Part shown: positions 13,994-21,163 of the stretch, piece after piece
Numbering within the stretch: the first letter of the stretch is position 1
How the letters are laid out: each line of letters opens with the position of its first letter
Position numbers and translations under genes: made by a program
Notes under the pieces: model-generated
Database searches by the model: none
What the model was told of the DNA's origin: nothing
Seen by the model: the letters and a program-made list of their open reading frames with translations, nothing else
Source of the DNA: an uncultured Methanosarcinales archaeon
GTDB lineage: Archaea; Nanobdellota; Nanobdellia; Woesearchaeales; ARS49
NCBI GenBank assembly: GCA_964360075.1
Contig: CAYHVU010000001.1
Span: forward strand, 19,504-43,503
Direction of reading: 5' to 3'
DNA: 24,000 nt

Positions 13994-14722
13994 TTTATTC
14001 GGGTTGTTCGGACGCACCCAGTCTAAGAATCTTGTGGTATTTTTTCCGTGGAGTGTGAGTGTGTAGATATCTGCCTTTCCTATTTTTTCCCATTTGTCCA
14101 TAAATGGGTTTAAATGACAAGACTGATGAATAATCATTAACGCATTATGCGCCAATCTGGGAGAAACGGTTGAAAAAGATATGCGCCGTTTAGGAGCATA
14201 GTAACTTCCATCAGTGTCTATAAGTCCTCGTAAAAACCCCAAGTTAAACTCATGATTATTTTTATCGAGTTTAACTAATCGGACCGTGTACGTTTTCTTA
14301 CCTTCCCAAATTAAATATTTTGCAATAAGTTCGCGAATGGTTTTTGAATAATATGTGAACGTGTAACAAGATGGCTTTCCTTTGTACAGCGTATGATAAA
14401 TTCGCGGTTTTTTCCCGAACCAACGTGTTAAAGTTTCCTCGAGATAGCGACGATATCCAGTTTCATATGCTCCCGCATATATCTGGATAATGTGTTGATA
14501 GTTTTTGGAACAATGATAATGTCCATCTCCGGCAAATATACCTAAAAACTCCCCGAGTTCATTATTGTTCTCAAAATGAAACGAAATTGGTTTGTTCTTT
14601 TTCCCATTGATTTTTTTGTAATGATAATAAATAGTTGATTTGCCAATATTGAGACGTTTGGAGATTTTATTGATTGATTGACCTTGATGAAGCAAATCAA
14701 TAATTTGATTCTTGTGTTTCAC
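13979..14722 (-). CDS. double-motif LAGLIDADG homing endonuclease with N-terminal helix-turn-helix
   Basis: Two LAGLIDADG motifs (LGEFLGIFAGDGHY and LGFLRGLIDTDGSY). N-terminal HTH QSINKISKRLNIGKSTIYYHYKK. GTG start at 14722; no in-frame ATG lies upstream before the stop at 14747-14749. The last five codons plus the stop (GCA CTT GTC GTC TAA) are the first 15 nt of tRNA-Gly. Confidence 0.85.
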   Translation of the reverse strand: MKHKNQIIDLLHQGQSINKISKRLNIGKSTIYYHYKKINGKKNKPISFHFENNNELGEFLGIFAGDGHYHCSKNYQHIIQIYAGAYETGYRRYLEETLTRWFGKKPRIYHTLYKGKPSCYTFTYYSKTIRELIAKYLIWEGKKTYTVRLVKLDKNNHEFNLGFLRGLIDTDGSYYAPKRRISFSTVSPRLAHNALMIIHQSCHLNPFMDKWEKIGKADIYTLTLHGKNTTRFLDWVRPNNPNKALVV

Positions 14723-14761
14723 AAACTTTGAAAACTGTTCAGATATTTAAACGTAATCATT
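13994..14761 (-). mobile_element. AT-rich homing-endonuclease cassette (free-standing, no intron or intein context visible)
   Basis: Hand counts of 60-nt lines give 30% GC (14221-14280) and 38% GC (14521-14580) inside the cassette, against 55% (13621-13680) in the neighbouring gene. The cassette is bounded by tRNA-derived sequence on both sides. Confidence 0.55.
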
Positions 14762-14811
14762 ATGAGCCGGGTTCAGTTATGCGGAAGATCCTACCATTGA
14801 ACGAGCAGTGC
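14762..14811 (-). pseudogene. tRNA-derived fragment (acceptor 5' strand plus D-arm, then scrambled remainder)
   Basis: The minus strand GCACTGC TC GTTC AATGGTA GGAT C TTCCGCA TAACTGAACCCGGCTCAT matches 19 of the first 25 nt of the intact tRNA-Gly 5' half (GCACTTGTCGTCTAATGGTAAGATA). A CTTCCGCA resembles the Gly anticodon loop CTTCCCA. No anticodon stem, complete T-arm or matching 3' acceptor could be folded. Confidence 0.4.
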
Positions 14812-14837
14812 GCTAGTCAATAGCCCCCCAAAAAAAG

Positions 14838-14847
14838 TATAAAAAAG
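14838..14847 (-). promoter_or_regulatory. TATA-like CTTTTTTATA (minus) ~27 nt upstream of the tRNA-like fragment; the T-runs may also terminate the PRC-barrel gene
   Basis: After the PRC-barrel stop (14849-14851) the minus strand reads TAATCTTTTTTATACTTTTTTTGGGGGG. The spacing to the fragment 5' end at 14811 is promoter-like. Oligo-T runs are archaeal terminator signals. Confidence 0.35.
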
Positions 14848-14848
14848 A

Positions 14849-15127
14849 TTACGCTGTTTCTTCGCCGTCTTCAGGCGAATACGCGGGCACTGCAGAGCGA
14901 GCAATAATCATGATATCGCCAACAGCCTTCACTAGCTGATGCGGCACGACAACGCCCTTTGCGCTGCCTAGGACCTTGCTCAGGAACGAGTTCTTCGTTG
15001 CGCGAACACGCCAACCGTACACTTTCGTAGGCGTCAGCATGGCTTCCTCTATGTCGCCAAAGTAATCGCCAGAATCCGTGAAGACCTTCATATCATAGGT
15101 CTCAATCATTTTCTTCATCTTTAACAT
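14849..15127 (-). CDS. small PRC-barrel domain protein
   Basis: 92 aa. MKVFTDSGDYFGDIEEAMLTPTKVYGWRV...GVVVPHQLVKAVGDIMII fits the PRC-barrel pattern (G..lG.v.d..id...v.g..v....vvvP...v..vgd.vi). A strong AGGAGGT lies 7 nt upstream. Small archaeal PRC-barrel proteins have been linked to cell division (CdpB type). Confidence 0.65.
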   Translation of the reverse strand: MLKMKKMIETYDMKVFTDSGDYFGDIEEAMLTPTKVYGWRVRATKNSFLSKVLGSAKGVVVPHQLVKAVGDIMIIARSAVPAYSPEDGEETA

Positions 15128-15168
15128 CGGGCTACCTCCTTGCGGGTGAGTTCTTTGCCGTGCGTAAG

Positions 15169-15177
15169 TATTTAAAG
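15169..15177. promoter_or_regulatory. shared, near-palindromic TATA box TATTTAAAG between divergent PRC-barrel and TraB genes
   Basis: It lies 23 nt upstream of ATG 15199 on the plus strand (leaderless spacing) and ~41 nt upstream of ATG 15127 on the minus strand (leader with AGGAGGT). Confidence 0.4.
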
Positions 15178-15198
15178 ATTTTGCGTCTTGAATGCTGT

Positions 15199-15852
15199 AT
15201 GCTCACCCTTCTCGGAACGTCCCATATTGCCAAACAGAGTCTAAATGAGGTCAGAAAGGCTATTGAGGAGGGCAAACCCGACATTATTGCGCTTGAATTG
15301 GACAGAGGGCGCCTAGAATCATTATTGAACCCGCAAAAACAGAAGATTCGCTTGCGGGACATGGCGCGTGTTGGAATCAAAGGGTGGATGTTCGCGCAAC
15401 TCGGAAGCTGGGCCGAAAAAAAGCTCGGCAAGCACGTTGGCGTGGCGCCTGGCGCTGAAATGCTCACCGCTGTGCGCTTGGCGCGCGAAAAAAAGATTCC
15501 GATCGCGCTCATTGATCAAGAAATCAGCATCACGCTCAAACGTTTCTCGAAGGCGCTCACGTGGAAAGAAAAGTTCAGGTTTGTGTGGGATGTGTTTGCA
15601 GGCGTATTTTCACGCAAAAAGCCTGATTTTGATTTGCGTACTGTGCCTACACAGCAAGTGCTGGAAAAACTCATCGGACAGGTAAAAGTGAGCTATCCGA
15701 ACGTTTACCGTGTGCTTGTCACGGAGAGGAATCACGTGATGGCAAATCGTTTGTATTCGTTGTTGCGCGCAAACCCTGAAAAACGCATTCTTGCTATCGT
15801 TGGCGCCGGTCACGTCGAAGAGATGGAACGCTTACTTCACAAAACTATTTAA
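15199..15852 (+). CDS. TraB/PrgY (Tiki superfamily) protein
   Basis: MLTLLGTSHIAKQSLNEVRKAIEEGKPDIIALELDRGR (GTxH...PD.vavEL pattern) and the C-terminal IVGAGHVEEMERLL (GxGH..E). The track start GTG 15160 would include the TATA box, so I use ATG 15199. Confidence 0.75.
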   Translation: MLTLLGTSHIAKQSLNEVRKAIEEGKPDIIALELDRGRLESLLNPQKQKIRLRDMARVGIKGWMFAQLGSWAEKKLGKHVGVAPGAEMLTAVRLAREKKIPIALIDQEISITLKRFSKALTWKEKFRFVWDVFAGVFSRKKPDFDLRTVPTQQVLEKLIGQVKVSYPNVYRVLVTERNHVMANRLYSLLRANPEKRILAIVGAGHVEEMERLLHKTI

Positions 15853-15874
15853 ATCAAAAGAGGAAGACGAACGT

Positions 15875-16618
15875 ATGCCCCGCGATTTTATCGACAAAAT
15901 CAAGCGCTATGCGCCTTTTTCTGCAGTCGAGACTCGCGAGTTCTGGCTTTCAGTCATCATTCTTGCATTCACGATTTCGTGGAACAAATGGGGCACTGTT
16001 GAATTCGATCTTTGGGTTGGGCTTGCTAATCTCTTGATCGCGGTCGTGATGTCATGGGTCATTTTGAGCGTTCATCACTTTGCGCAGCGCTTGTGGGGAT
16101 TACGCCAAGGATTGAAAGTGGAGCACAAAATTTGGTGGTATGGCGCGGGAATCGCATTCGTCACGACAATTCTCTCGCGCGGCCAGTTCGCAATCCTCGG
16201 GCTCACGGGCACATTCATTTCAGCATTGAACATCCATCGTCTCGGACGCTACCGTTATGGCCCTCAAGTGAAGGATTTTGCCATGATTGCCTTGATGGGT
16301 CCTGCCGCAAACATCTTGCTAGCGGGTATTGTGAAATCGATTGAGCTGTACACGCCAATTCCGTTGCCGTCAGAAATAGTAAACCAGTTCTTTGTCACGA
16401 GCCTTGCGTTTGCTGCATGGAACCTGCTTCCATTGCCACCGCTTGATGGGAGTAGAATTGTATTCGCGTCGCGGGTCCTGTATGCGCTCATTGCAGGCTG
16501 CGTGCTCGGATACATCTTCCTCTTAAGTCAAGGGGTCTATTCCTGGCTATGGGCAATCGCGCTCGGCTTGGCAAGCGTAAGCGTCTTTTACGTCTGGCTG
16601 GAACGCTCATGGGGCTAG
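15875..16618 (+). CDS. site-2-protease (peptidase M50)-like polytopic membrane protein with degenerate HExxH
   Basis: ATG 15875 is preceded by AGAGGAAGA. The C-terminal motif AAWNLLPLPPLDGSRI matches M50 NxxPxxPLDG. At the position expected for HExxH the sequence is SVHHFAQRLWG, and there is no HExxH anywhere in the protein. Confidence 0.65.
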   Translation: MPRDFIDKIKRYAPFSAVETREFWLSVIILAFTISWNKWGTVEFDLWVGLANLLIAVVMSWVILSVHHFAQRLWGLRQGLKVEHKIWWYGAGIAFVTTILSRGQFAILGLTGTFISALNIHRLGRYRYGPQVKDFAMIALMGPAANILLAGIVKSIELYTPIPLPSEIVNQFFVTSLAFAAWNLLPLPPLDGSRIVFASRVLYALIAGCVLGYIFLLSQGVYSWLWAIALGLASVSVFYVWLERSWG

Positions 16619-16941
16619 ATCTCAAGACGTCGCAGCTCTGGGCTGAATATTGGACGTTCTTTTTGTTGTTGCTCGGTTTCTTGTTGACGTTGTGGATTGA
16701 TAATCCTCAGACTAGTTATGTTGTGGCTGTTGCATTCGGATTATTGCTCGGCAGGATGCTGTGGCAGTACAAGCAACGTATGCGCGGCTCCATCATCACC
16801 ATTATTCTCGGCTTCGTCATGGGATTTCTCTTAGGCGTCCAAGTGGCCGACCGCAAACTACTTATCATCCTTCTTGTCGTTGGTATGCTGGTAAGCTACT
16901 ATGCCCACGACAGAAAACTCATTCACGGTACAGCGTATTAG
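16609..16941 (+). CDS. small membrane protein (about 4 TM segments)
   Basis: ATG 16609 overlaps the previous stop. Hydrophobic segments include WTFFLLLLGFLLTLW, YVVAVAFGLLLG, IITIILGFVMGFLLG and LLIILLVVGMLV. Confidence 0.5.
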   Translation: MGLDLKTSQLWAEYWTFFLLLLGFLLTLWIDNPQTSYVVAVAFGLLLGRMLWQYKQRMRGSIITIILGFVMGFLLGVQVADRKLLIILLVVGMLVSYYAHDRKLIHGTAY

Positions 16942-17500
16942 CGCGCGTGTCTGGAAAGTTCCTGCTGAAGGCAACGCATACTTTCTTGATTTTGAGCGCA
17001 AAATCATCATTGACACGAGCAGCCGTGCCGAGCGCCCGAAACTTGAAATGTTTTTGTCGAAAGTGGTTGACTTTTCAAAAATAACTGATGTTGTGTTGAC
17101 GCATCTGCATCTTGACCATTGCGCAAACATTGATTTGTTTCCGAACGCGAAACTATGGGCGTCACGCGCAGAGATTGAACAATTCAGAAAAGATCCGAAC
17201 GGTACAGTGCTCGATCCACGCCTCGCGGAAAAAGTGGCTACGCGAGGACTGCATCCGGCGGAAGACGCGCAACTGCCTGAGCTCGAAATCATCCACACTC
17301 CGGGGCACACTGTCGGGAGCATTTGCTTGTTTTGTGCGTCCGAGAAAATATTGTTTTCAGGCGACACTATCTTTCCTGTTGGTATTGGCAGAACTGATTT
17401 GCCGTCAAGCATTCCGAGCAAAATGCAGGATTCACTGAACAAGTTAGCGCAATACAACTTCAAGATTCTATGTGCGGGGCATGATTACGGACTTCACTAA
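16901..17500 (+). CDS. metallo-beta-lactamase fold hydrolase
   Basis: HxHxDH motif in VVLTHLHLDHCANI, followed later by HTPGHTVGS and GDTIF...GRTD. Confidence 0.8.
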   Translation: MPTTENSFTVQRISARVWKVPAEGNAYFLDFERKIIIDTSSRAERPKLEMFLSKVVDFSKITDVVLTHLHLDHCANIDLFPNAKLWASRAEIEQFRKDPNGTVLDPRLAEKVATRGLHPAEDAQLPELEIIHTPGHTVGSICLFCASEKILFSGDTIFPVGIGRTDLPSSIPSKMQDSLNKLAQYNFKILCAGHDYGLH

Positions 17501-17553
17501 CCACTGGACATCCTCGCGATTTCTTTAAAAGCAACAAGACCACGGTGCAGTGC

Positions 17554-19746
17554 ATGATAAAGGGGTTCGAGCCAAGGCGCTACCAAGAAACCATTCTCAA
17601 CACGTGCGTTGGCAAGAATGCTCTTGTCGTGCTCCCAACCGGGCTTGGAAAGACCGCAATCGCGATGATGCTCGCAGCGCAACGTCTGCATATCTTCCCA
17701 AACTCAAAAATTGTCTTCCTCGCGCCCACAAAACCGTTGGCAGAACAGCATTTGCAGACTTTCCTGAAGAGTTTCAAAATTGAGGAAGAGAAATGCGCGT
17801 TATTTACGGGCGACACGGCTCCTGCAGATCGAGCGCGTCAGTGGACTGATTTGCAGCTCATCTTTGCGACACCGCAAGGAATCGAAAATGATGTCATCAG
17901 CAACGCGATTTCGCTGCAAAATGTCTCGTTGATGATTTTTGACGAGGCGCACCGCGCAACTGGTGACTACAGTTACGTGTTTCTCGCAAAACAATATAAC
18001 AAGCGCGCGAACTTCCCGAAAATTCTTGCGCTCACTGCCTCACCCGGCTCAGAAACGCTCAAGATTGAGGAAGTCTGCCAGAACTTGTTTATTGATGCAG
18101 TCGAAGTGCGCACGCCTGACGACCCTGACGTAAAACCATATGTGCAAGAAACTGTTGTCGAATGGGTGAAGCTTGATTTGCCGGATGGATTCAAGAAAAT
18201 CCAGTACTATCTCAACAGCTGCATCAAGTCAAAGCTCGTTGAAATAAAACGCATGGGCATGACTAAGAGCATCAACTTCATCAGCAAGCGTGAACTGCTC
18301 GAACTACAGGCTGATTTACGGCAGCAGATGACCACTGGCGAGCAAGATGTCGACACGTGGCGCGCCATTTCAATCACCGCAGAAATCATCAAGGCACAGC
18401 ACGCGCTTGAATTGCTCGAGACGCAATGTGTCGCGTCGCTCGACGCATACATGCGCAAAGTGTTCGAGGAAGGCCGCGCAGGGAAATCAAAAGCAGTCAA
18501 GAATTTAATAGCGGATGCTTCATTCAAGAGCGCAAACTATCACTTAACGCAGTTGCGCGAACAACATATCGAGCATCCTAAGCTCACGGCATTGAAAACA
18601 ATTATGGAAGAAGAATTTGCCGCGAACAAATTTGCGAAATTCATTATTTTCACGCAATACCGTGATACTGCAGTCGCAATCAAAGATGCACTCGAGCACG
18701 CAAAAGGCTCTCTTTCCGAGATTTTCGTTGGTCAAGCAAAGAAAAAGACAACTGGATTGAGCCAGAAACAGCAGATTGAAATGTTGCAGCAGTTCCGCGA
18801 TGGATTGTTCAATGTCTTGATTGCAACGTCTGTTGCAGAAGAAGGCCTGGACATTCCTAATGTTGATGCTGTCGTATTCTACGAGCCTATTCCTTCGGCA
18901 ATCCGCACTATCCAGCGCAGAGGACGCACAGGCAGACATGATAAGGGCAAAGTCATTATGTTAATGACGAAAGGCACGCGCGATGAGGCTTTCTCGTACA
19001 GCGCAAAGCACAAGGAACGCCAGATGCATCAAATATTGAAAACAATGCAGACCATGACGTTCGAGCCGCAAAAGACTATTGCGACTTACGAACCTCAAGA
19101 AAAGATAAAAGTATACGCTGACTATCGCGAAAAGGCTTCGGGCGTTGTCAAAGAATTAGTCGAACTAAATGCAGATTTGAAATTGGAAATGCTGCAGTGC
19201 GCCGACTATGTCTTGAGCGACCGTGTTGGGGTTGAATTCAAGACTGCGCAAGACTTCGTTGACAGCATTGTCGACGGCAGATTGCTTGAGCAGCTCAAGC
19301 AGTTAAAGGATAGCTACATTCGTCCCATGATTATCATTGAAGGCACGGAAGATTTGTACGCGTTGCGGAATGTGCACGCGAACGCAATTCGCGGCATGCT
19401 TGCGACCATCACTGTGAGCTACGGCATTCCTGTTCTAAGAACAAAAGACGCGAAAGACACAGCAGCAATGCTTTTCATGATTGCAAAGCGAGAGCAATCA
19501 GATGACAAGCACGACTTTTCTCCGCACGCGAGCAAGAAACCAATGACATTGCAAGAATCGCAGGAATACTTGATTTCTTGTTTCCCGAATATTGGTCTGA
19601 ATTTGGCAAAAGAGTTGTTGCAACACTTCGGCTCGGTCAAAAATATTGTGAATGCATCTGTCGAAGATTTGCAGAAAGTCGCGGGTGTGGGTGAGAAGAA
19701 GGCACAGGGGATGAAGGAGATTACGGATAAGGAATATTTGAAATGA
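17554..19746 (+). CDS. hef: Hef-type helicase/nuclease (SF2 helicase + ERCC4/XPF nuclease + HhH2)
   Basis: Walker A LPTGLGKT, DEAH box MIFDEAHRA, motif VI QRRGRTGR. ERCC4 region ADYVLSDRVGVEFKTAQDFVDSIVDGRLLEQ. C-terminal HhH (FPNIGLNLAKELLQHFGS...LQKVAGVGEKKAQ). I start at ATG 17554, 23 nt after TATA TTTAAAAG (17524-17531); the track uses GTG 17545. Confidence 0.85.
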   Translation: MIKGFEPRRYQETILNTCVGKNALVVLPTGLGKTAIAMMLAAQRLHIFPNSKIVFLAPTKPLAEQHLQTFLKSFKIEEEKCALFTGDTAPADRARQWTDLQLIFATPQGIENDVISNAISLQNVSLMIFDEAHRATGDYSYVFLAKQYNKRANFPKILALTASPGSETLKIEEVCQNLFIDAVEVRTPDDPDVKPYVQETVVEWVKLDLPDGFKKIQYYLNSCIKSKLVEIKRMGMTKSINFISKRELLELQADLRQQMTTGEQDVDTWRAISITAEIIKAQHALELLETQCVASLDAYMRKVFEEGRAGKSKAVKNLIADASFKSANYHLTQLREQHIEHPKLTALKTIMEEEFAANKFAKFIIFTQYRDTAVAIKDALEHAKGSLSEIFVGQAKKKTTGLSQKQQIEMLQQFRDGLFNVLIATSVAEEGLDIPNVDAVVFYEPIPSAIRTIQRRGRTGRHDKGKVIMLMTKGTRDEAFSYSAKHKERQMHQILKTMQTMTFEPQKTIATYEPQEKIKVYADYREKASGVVKELVELNADLKLEMLQCADYVLSDRVGVEFKTAQDFVDSIVDGRLLEQLKQLKDSYIRPMIIIEGTEDLYALRNVHANAIRGMLATITVSYGIPVLRTKDAKDTAAMLFMIAKREQSDDKHDFSPHASKKPMTLQESQEYLISCFPNIGLNLAKELLQHFGSVKNIVNASVEDLQKVAGVGEKKAQGMKEITDKEYLK

Positions 19747-19795
19747 ACAGTCTGGCATCTACATCTTTTTAAGGTTGAACTGTGGCAAAGACTTC

Positions 19796-20281
19796 ATGCC
19801 ACGACAAGTCAATGGAAAGGAATTTTATTCGTTCGATTACAAGCCTGCGAACACCAAGGAATGGACGCATCAGCAGGATCTTTCCGGATTGCTCTTGAGC
19901 GCAGCATTGTTCATGGACTTCGAACGCGTCGGCAGCAAGTCAGGCATGAAACACACACGCGATGCAATTCCTTTGCTGCAGCGCGTTGTGGAAGAAGCGC
20001 GCGTGCCGGGAAAGATTGCAGATGCGTATCCTGACAATAAGGACTGTTTTGTGAGCATCACGGATTATATCTCATTTTGGCATGCGCTGAGTGAAGAACA
20101 ACAAGAGTCAACACGTCAAGCAAACCACGTGCTCATGCGATTCAGCCTGTTCGCGGCAGAACTCCAAGACTACGACACGCTTTCTCCAGAACGCAAGCGC
20201 AACCTGCAATCGTTCTGTCTGACGCTGCATGAAACAGTGAATGTTTCAGAACGTCAATATCGTCGCGAACTTGTCGGATAA
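19796..20281 (+). CDS. hypothetical protein (161 aa)
   Basis: ORF-track entry (TTG 19775). I prefer the first ATG at 19796. No family was recognised. Confidence 0.5.
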   Translation: MPRQVNGKEFYSFDYKPANTKEWTHQQDLSGLLLSAALFMDFERVGSKSGMKHTRDAIPLLQRVVEEARVPGKIADAYPDNKDCFVSITDYISFWHALSEEQQESTRQANHVLMRFSLFAAELQDYDTLSPERKRNLQSFCLTLHETVNVSERQYRRELVG

Positions 20282-20311
20282 GCTTAAAAGTGCCCGTTCT
20301 CATTGTTTGTC

Positions 20312-21163
20312 ATGCAACCCGCGTTCATCTACATCGCACTCGCCATCGTTGCAAGTGCGACGAAGAAAATCCTTGACCGGTTTGTCGCGGTGAGGACATC
20401 CGTCTATTCGTTCGCGATCGTGACGCAATTTCTCGCGGCACTGCTGTTCCTTCCGTTTGCGTGGAACTCTTTGGCGTTTCCTACCTCAAACGCTGCCTGG
20501 CTTGCGCTTGCTGCAGGTTGTGCGGTATGGATGGTTATGTCTTTAACGGTCTATTTGAGTATTAAGAAAGCGGAAGTGTCCATCAAGGAACCGTTGCATC
20601 AGTCCAAACTCATCTGGACGCTGCTGTTCGGAATGATTTTTCTTGGAGAGGTATTCACGACACAAAAACTCATCGGCACGGCCATCATTTTTGTGGGTAT
20701 GACGGTCGCAGTGTTTCATCCTGAACGGAAGCTCGGGAGATTTCTTGAGCCTGATGTTTTGTGGACCTTATTCCACGCTCTGCTTGGTGCTGCCGCCGTC
20801 ATTATTGACAAGCATGCACTCACGTATTTTGCGCCTGAAACGTACGGCTTTATTGTGTATCTTGTTCCGGGCATCGTGTTGCTTTCCGCACTACCCAAGA
20901 AATATCCTGAAGTAACGCACTTACTAAAATTCACGGGCATGCCTGCCATCATCACAATCACCCTCGCAACTGCGACGTATTTCTTAGCATTGAAAGCATA
21001 TCAGCTTGCGGATGCGACGTTGGTATATCCGTTGTTGCAGTTAGGGACCGTCATTGCCGTATTGCTCAGTATGTTTTTGTTTGGCGAGAAAGAACACCGC
21101 GCGCAAAAAGTCATTGGACTCATCTGTGTTCTTATCGGCGCGATTGTGCTGAAGTTTGCCTAA
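20312..21163 (+). CDS. EamA/DMT-family transporter (about 10 TM)
   Basis: Two-fold hydrophobic repeat architecture, each half ending in an EamA-like motif (LFGMIFLGEVFTTQKLIGTAIIFVGM and LSMFLFGEKEHRAQKVIGLICVLIGAIVL). ATG at 20312; the track uses TTG 20303. Confidence 0.7.
   Translation: MQPAFIYIALAIVASATKKILDRFVAVRTSVYSFAIVTQFLAALLFLPFAWNSLAFPTSNAAWLALAAGCAVWMVMSLTVYLSIKKAEVSIKEPLHQSKLIWTLLFGMIFLGEVFTTQKLIGTAIIFVGMTVAVFHPERKLGRFLEPDVLWTLFHALLGAAAVIIDKHALTYFAPETYGFIVYLVPGIVLLSALPKKYPEVTHLLKFTGMPAIITITLATATYFLALKAYQLADATLVYPLLQLGTVIAVLLSMFLFGEKEHRAQKVIGLICVLIGAIVLKFA

Noticed and set aside
14762-14790. GAACCCGGCTCAT on the minus strand resembles the RNase P RNA CR-V/P4 sequence ACAGAACCCGGCUUAU.
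   Set aside because: There is no room for the remaining ~250 nt of an RNase P RNA. The region is flanked by a well-supported PRC-barrel CDS and the endonuclease gene, and no CR-I motif was seen. The string is equally explained as a T-loop/T-stem remnant next to an obvious tRNA D-arm.
14762-14893. Idea that the tRNA-like 5' fragment is half of a split, permuted or giant-intron tRNA. For example, it might pair with GCAGTGC at 14887-14893, or with the 3' half of tRNA-Gly across the endonuclease gene.
   Set aside because: The fragment's acceptor strand GCACTGC pairs with only 5 of 7 positions of the tRNA-Gly 3' acceptor. tRNA-Gly already has its own perfectly pairing 5' half. The fragment has A rather than U at the position expected for U33. 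The GCAGTGC 7-mer lies inside the PRC-barrel CDS and is expected by chance in 48 kb of two-strand sequence.
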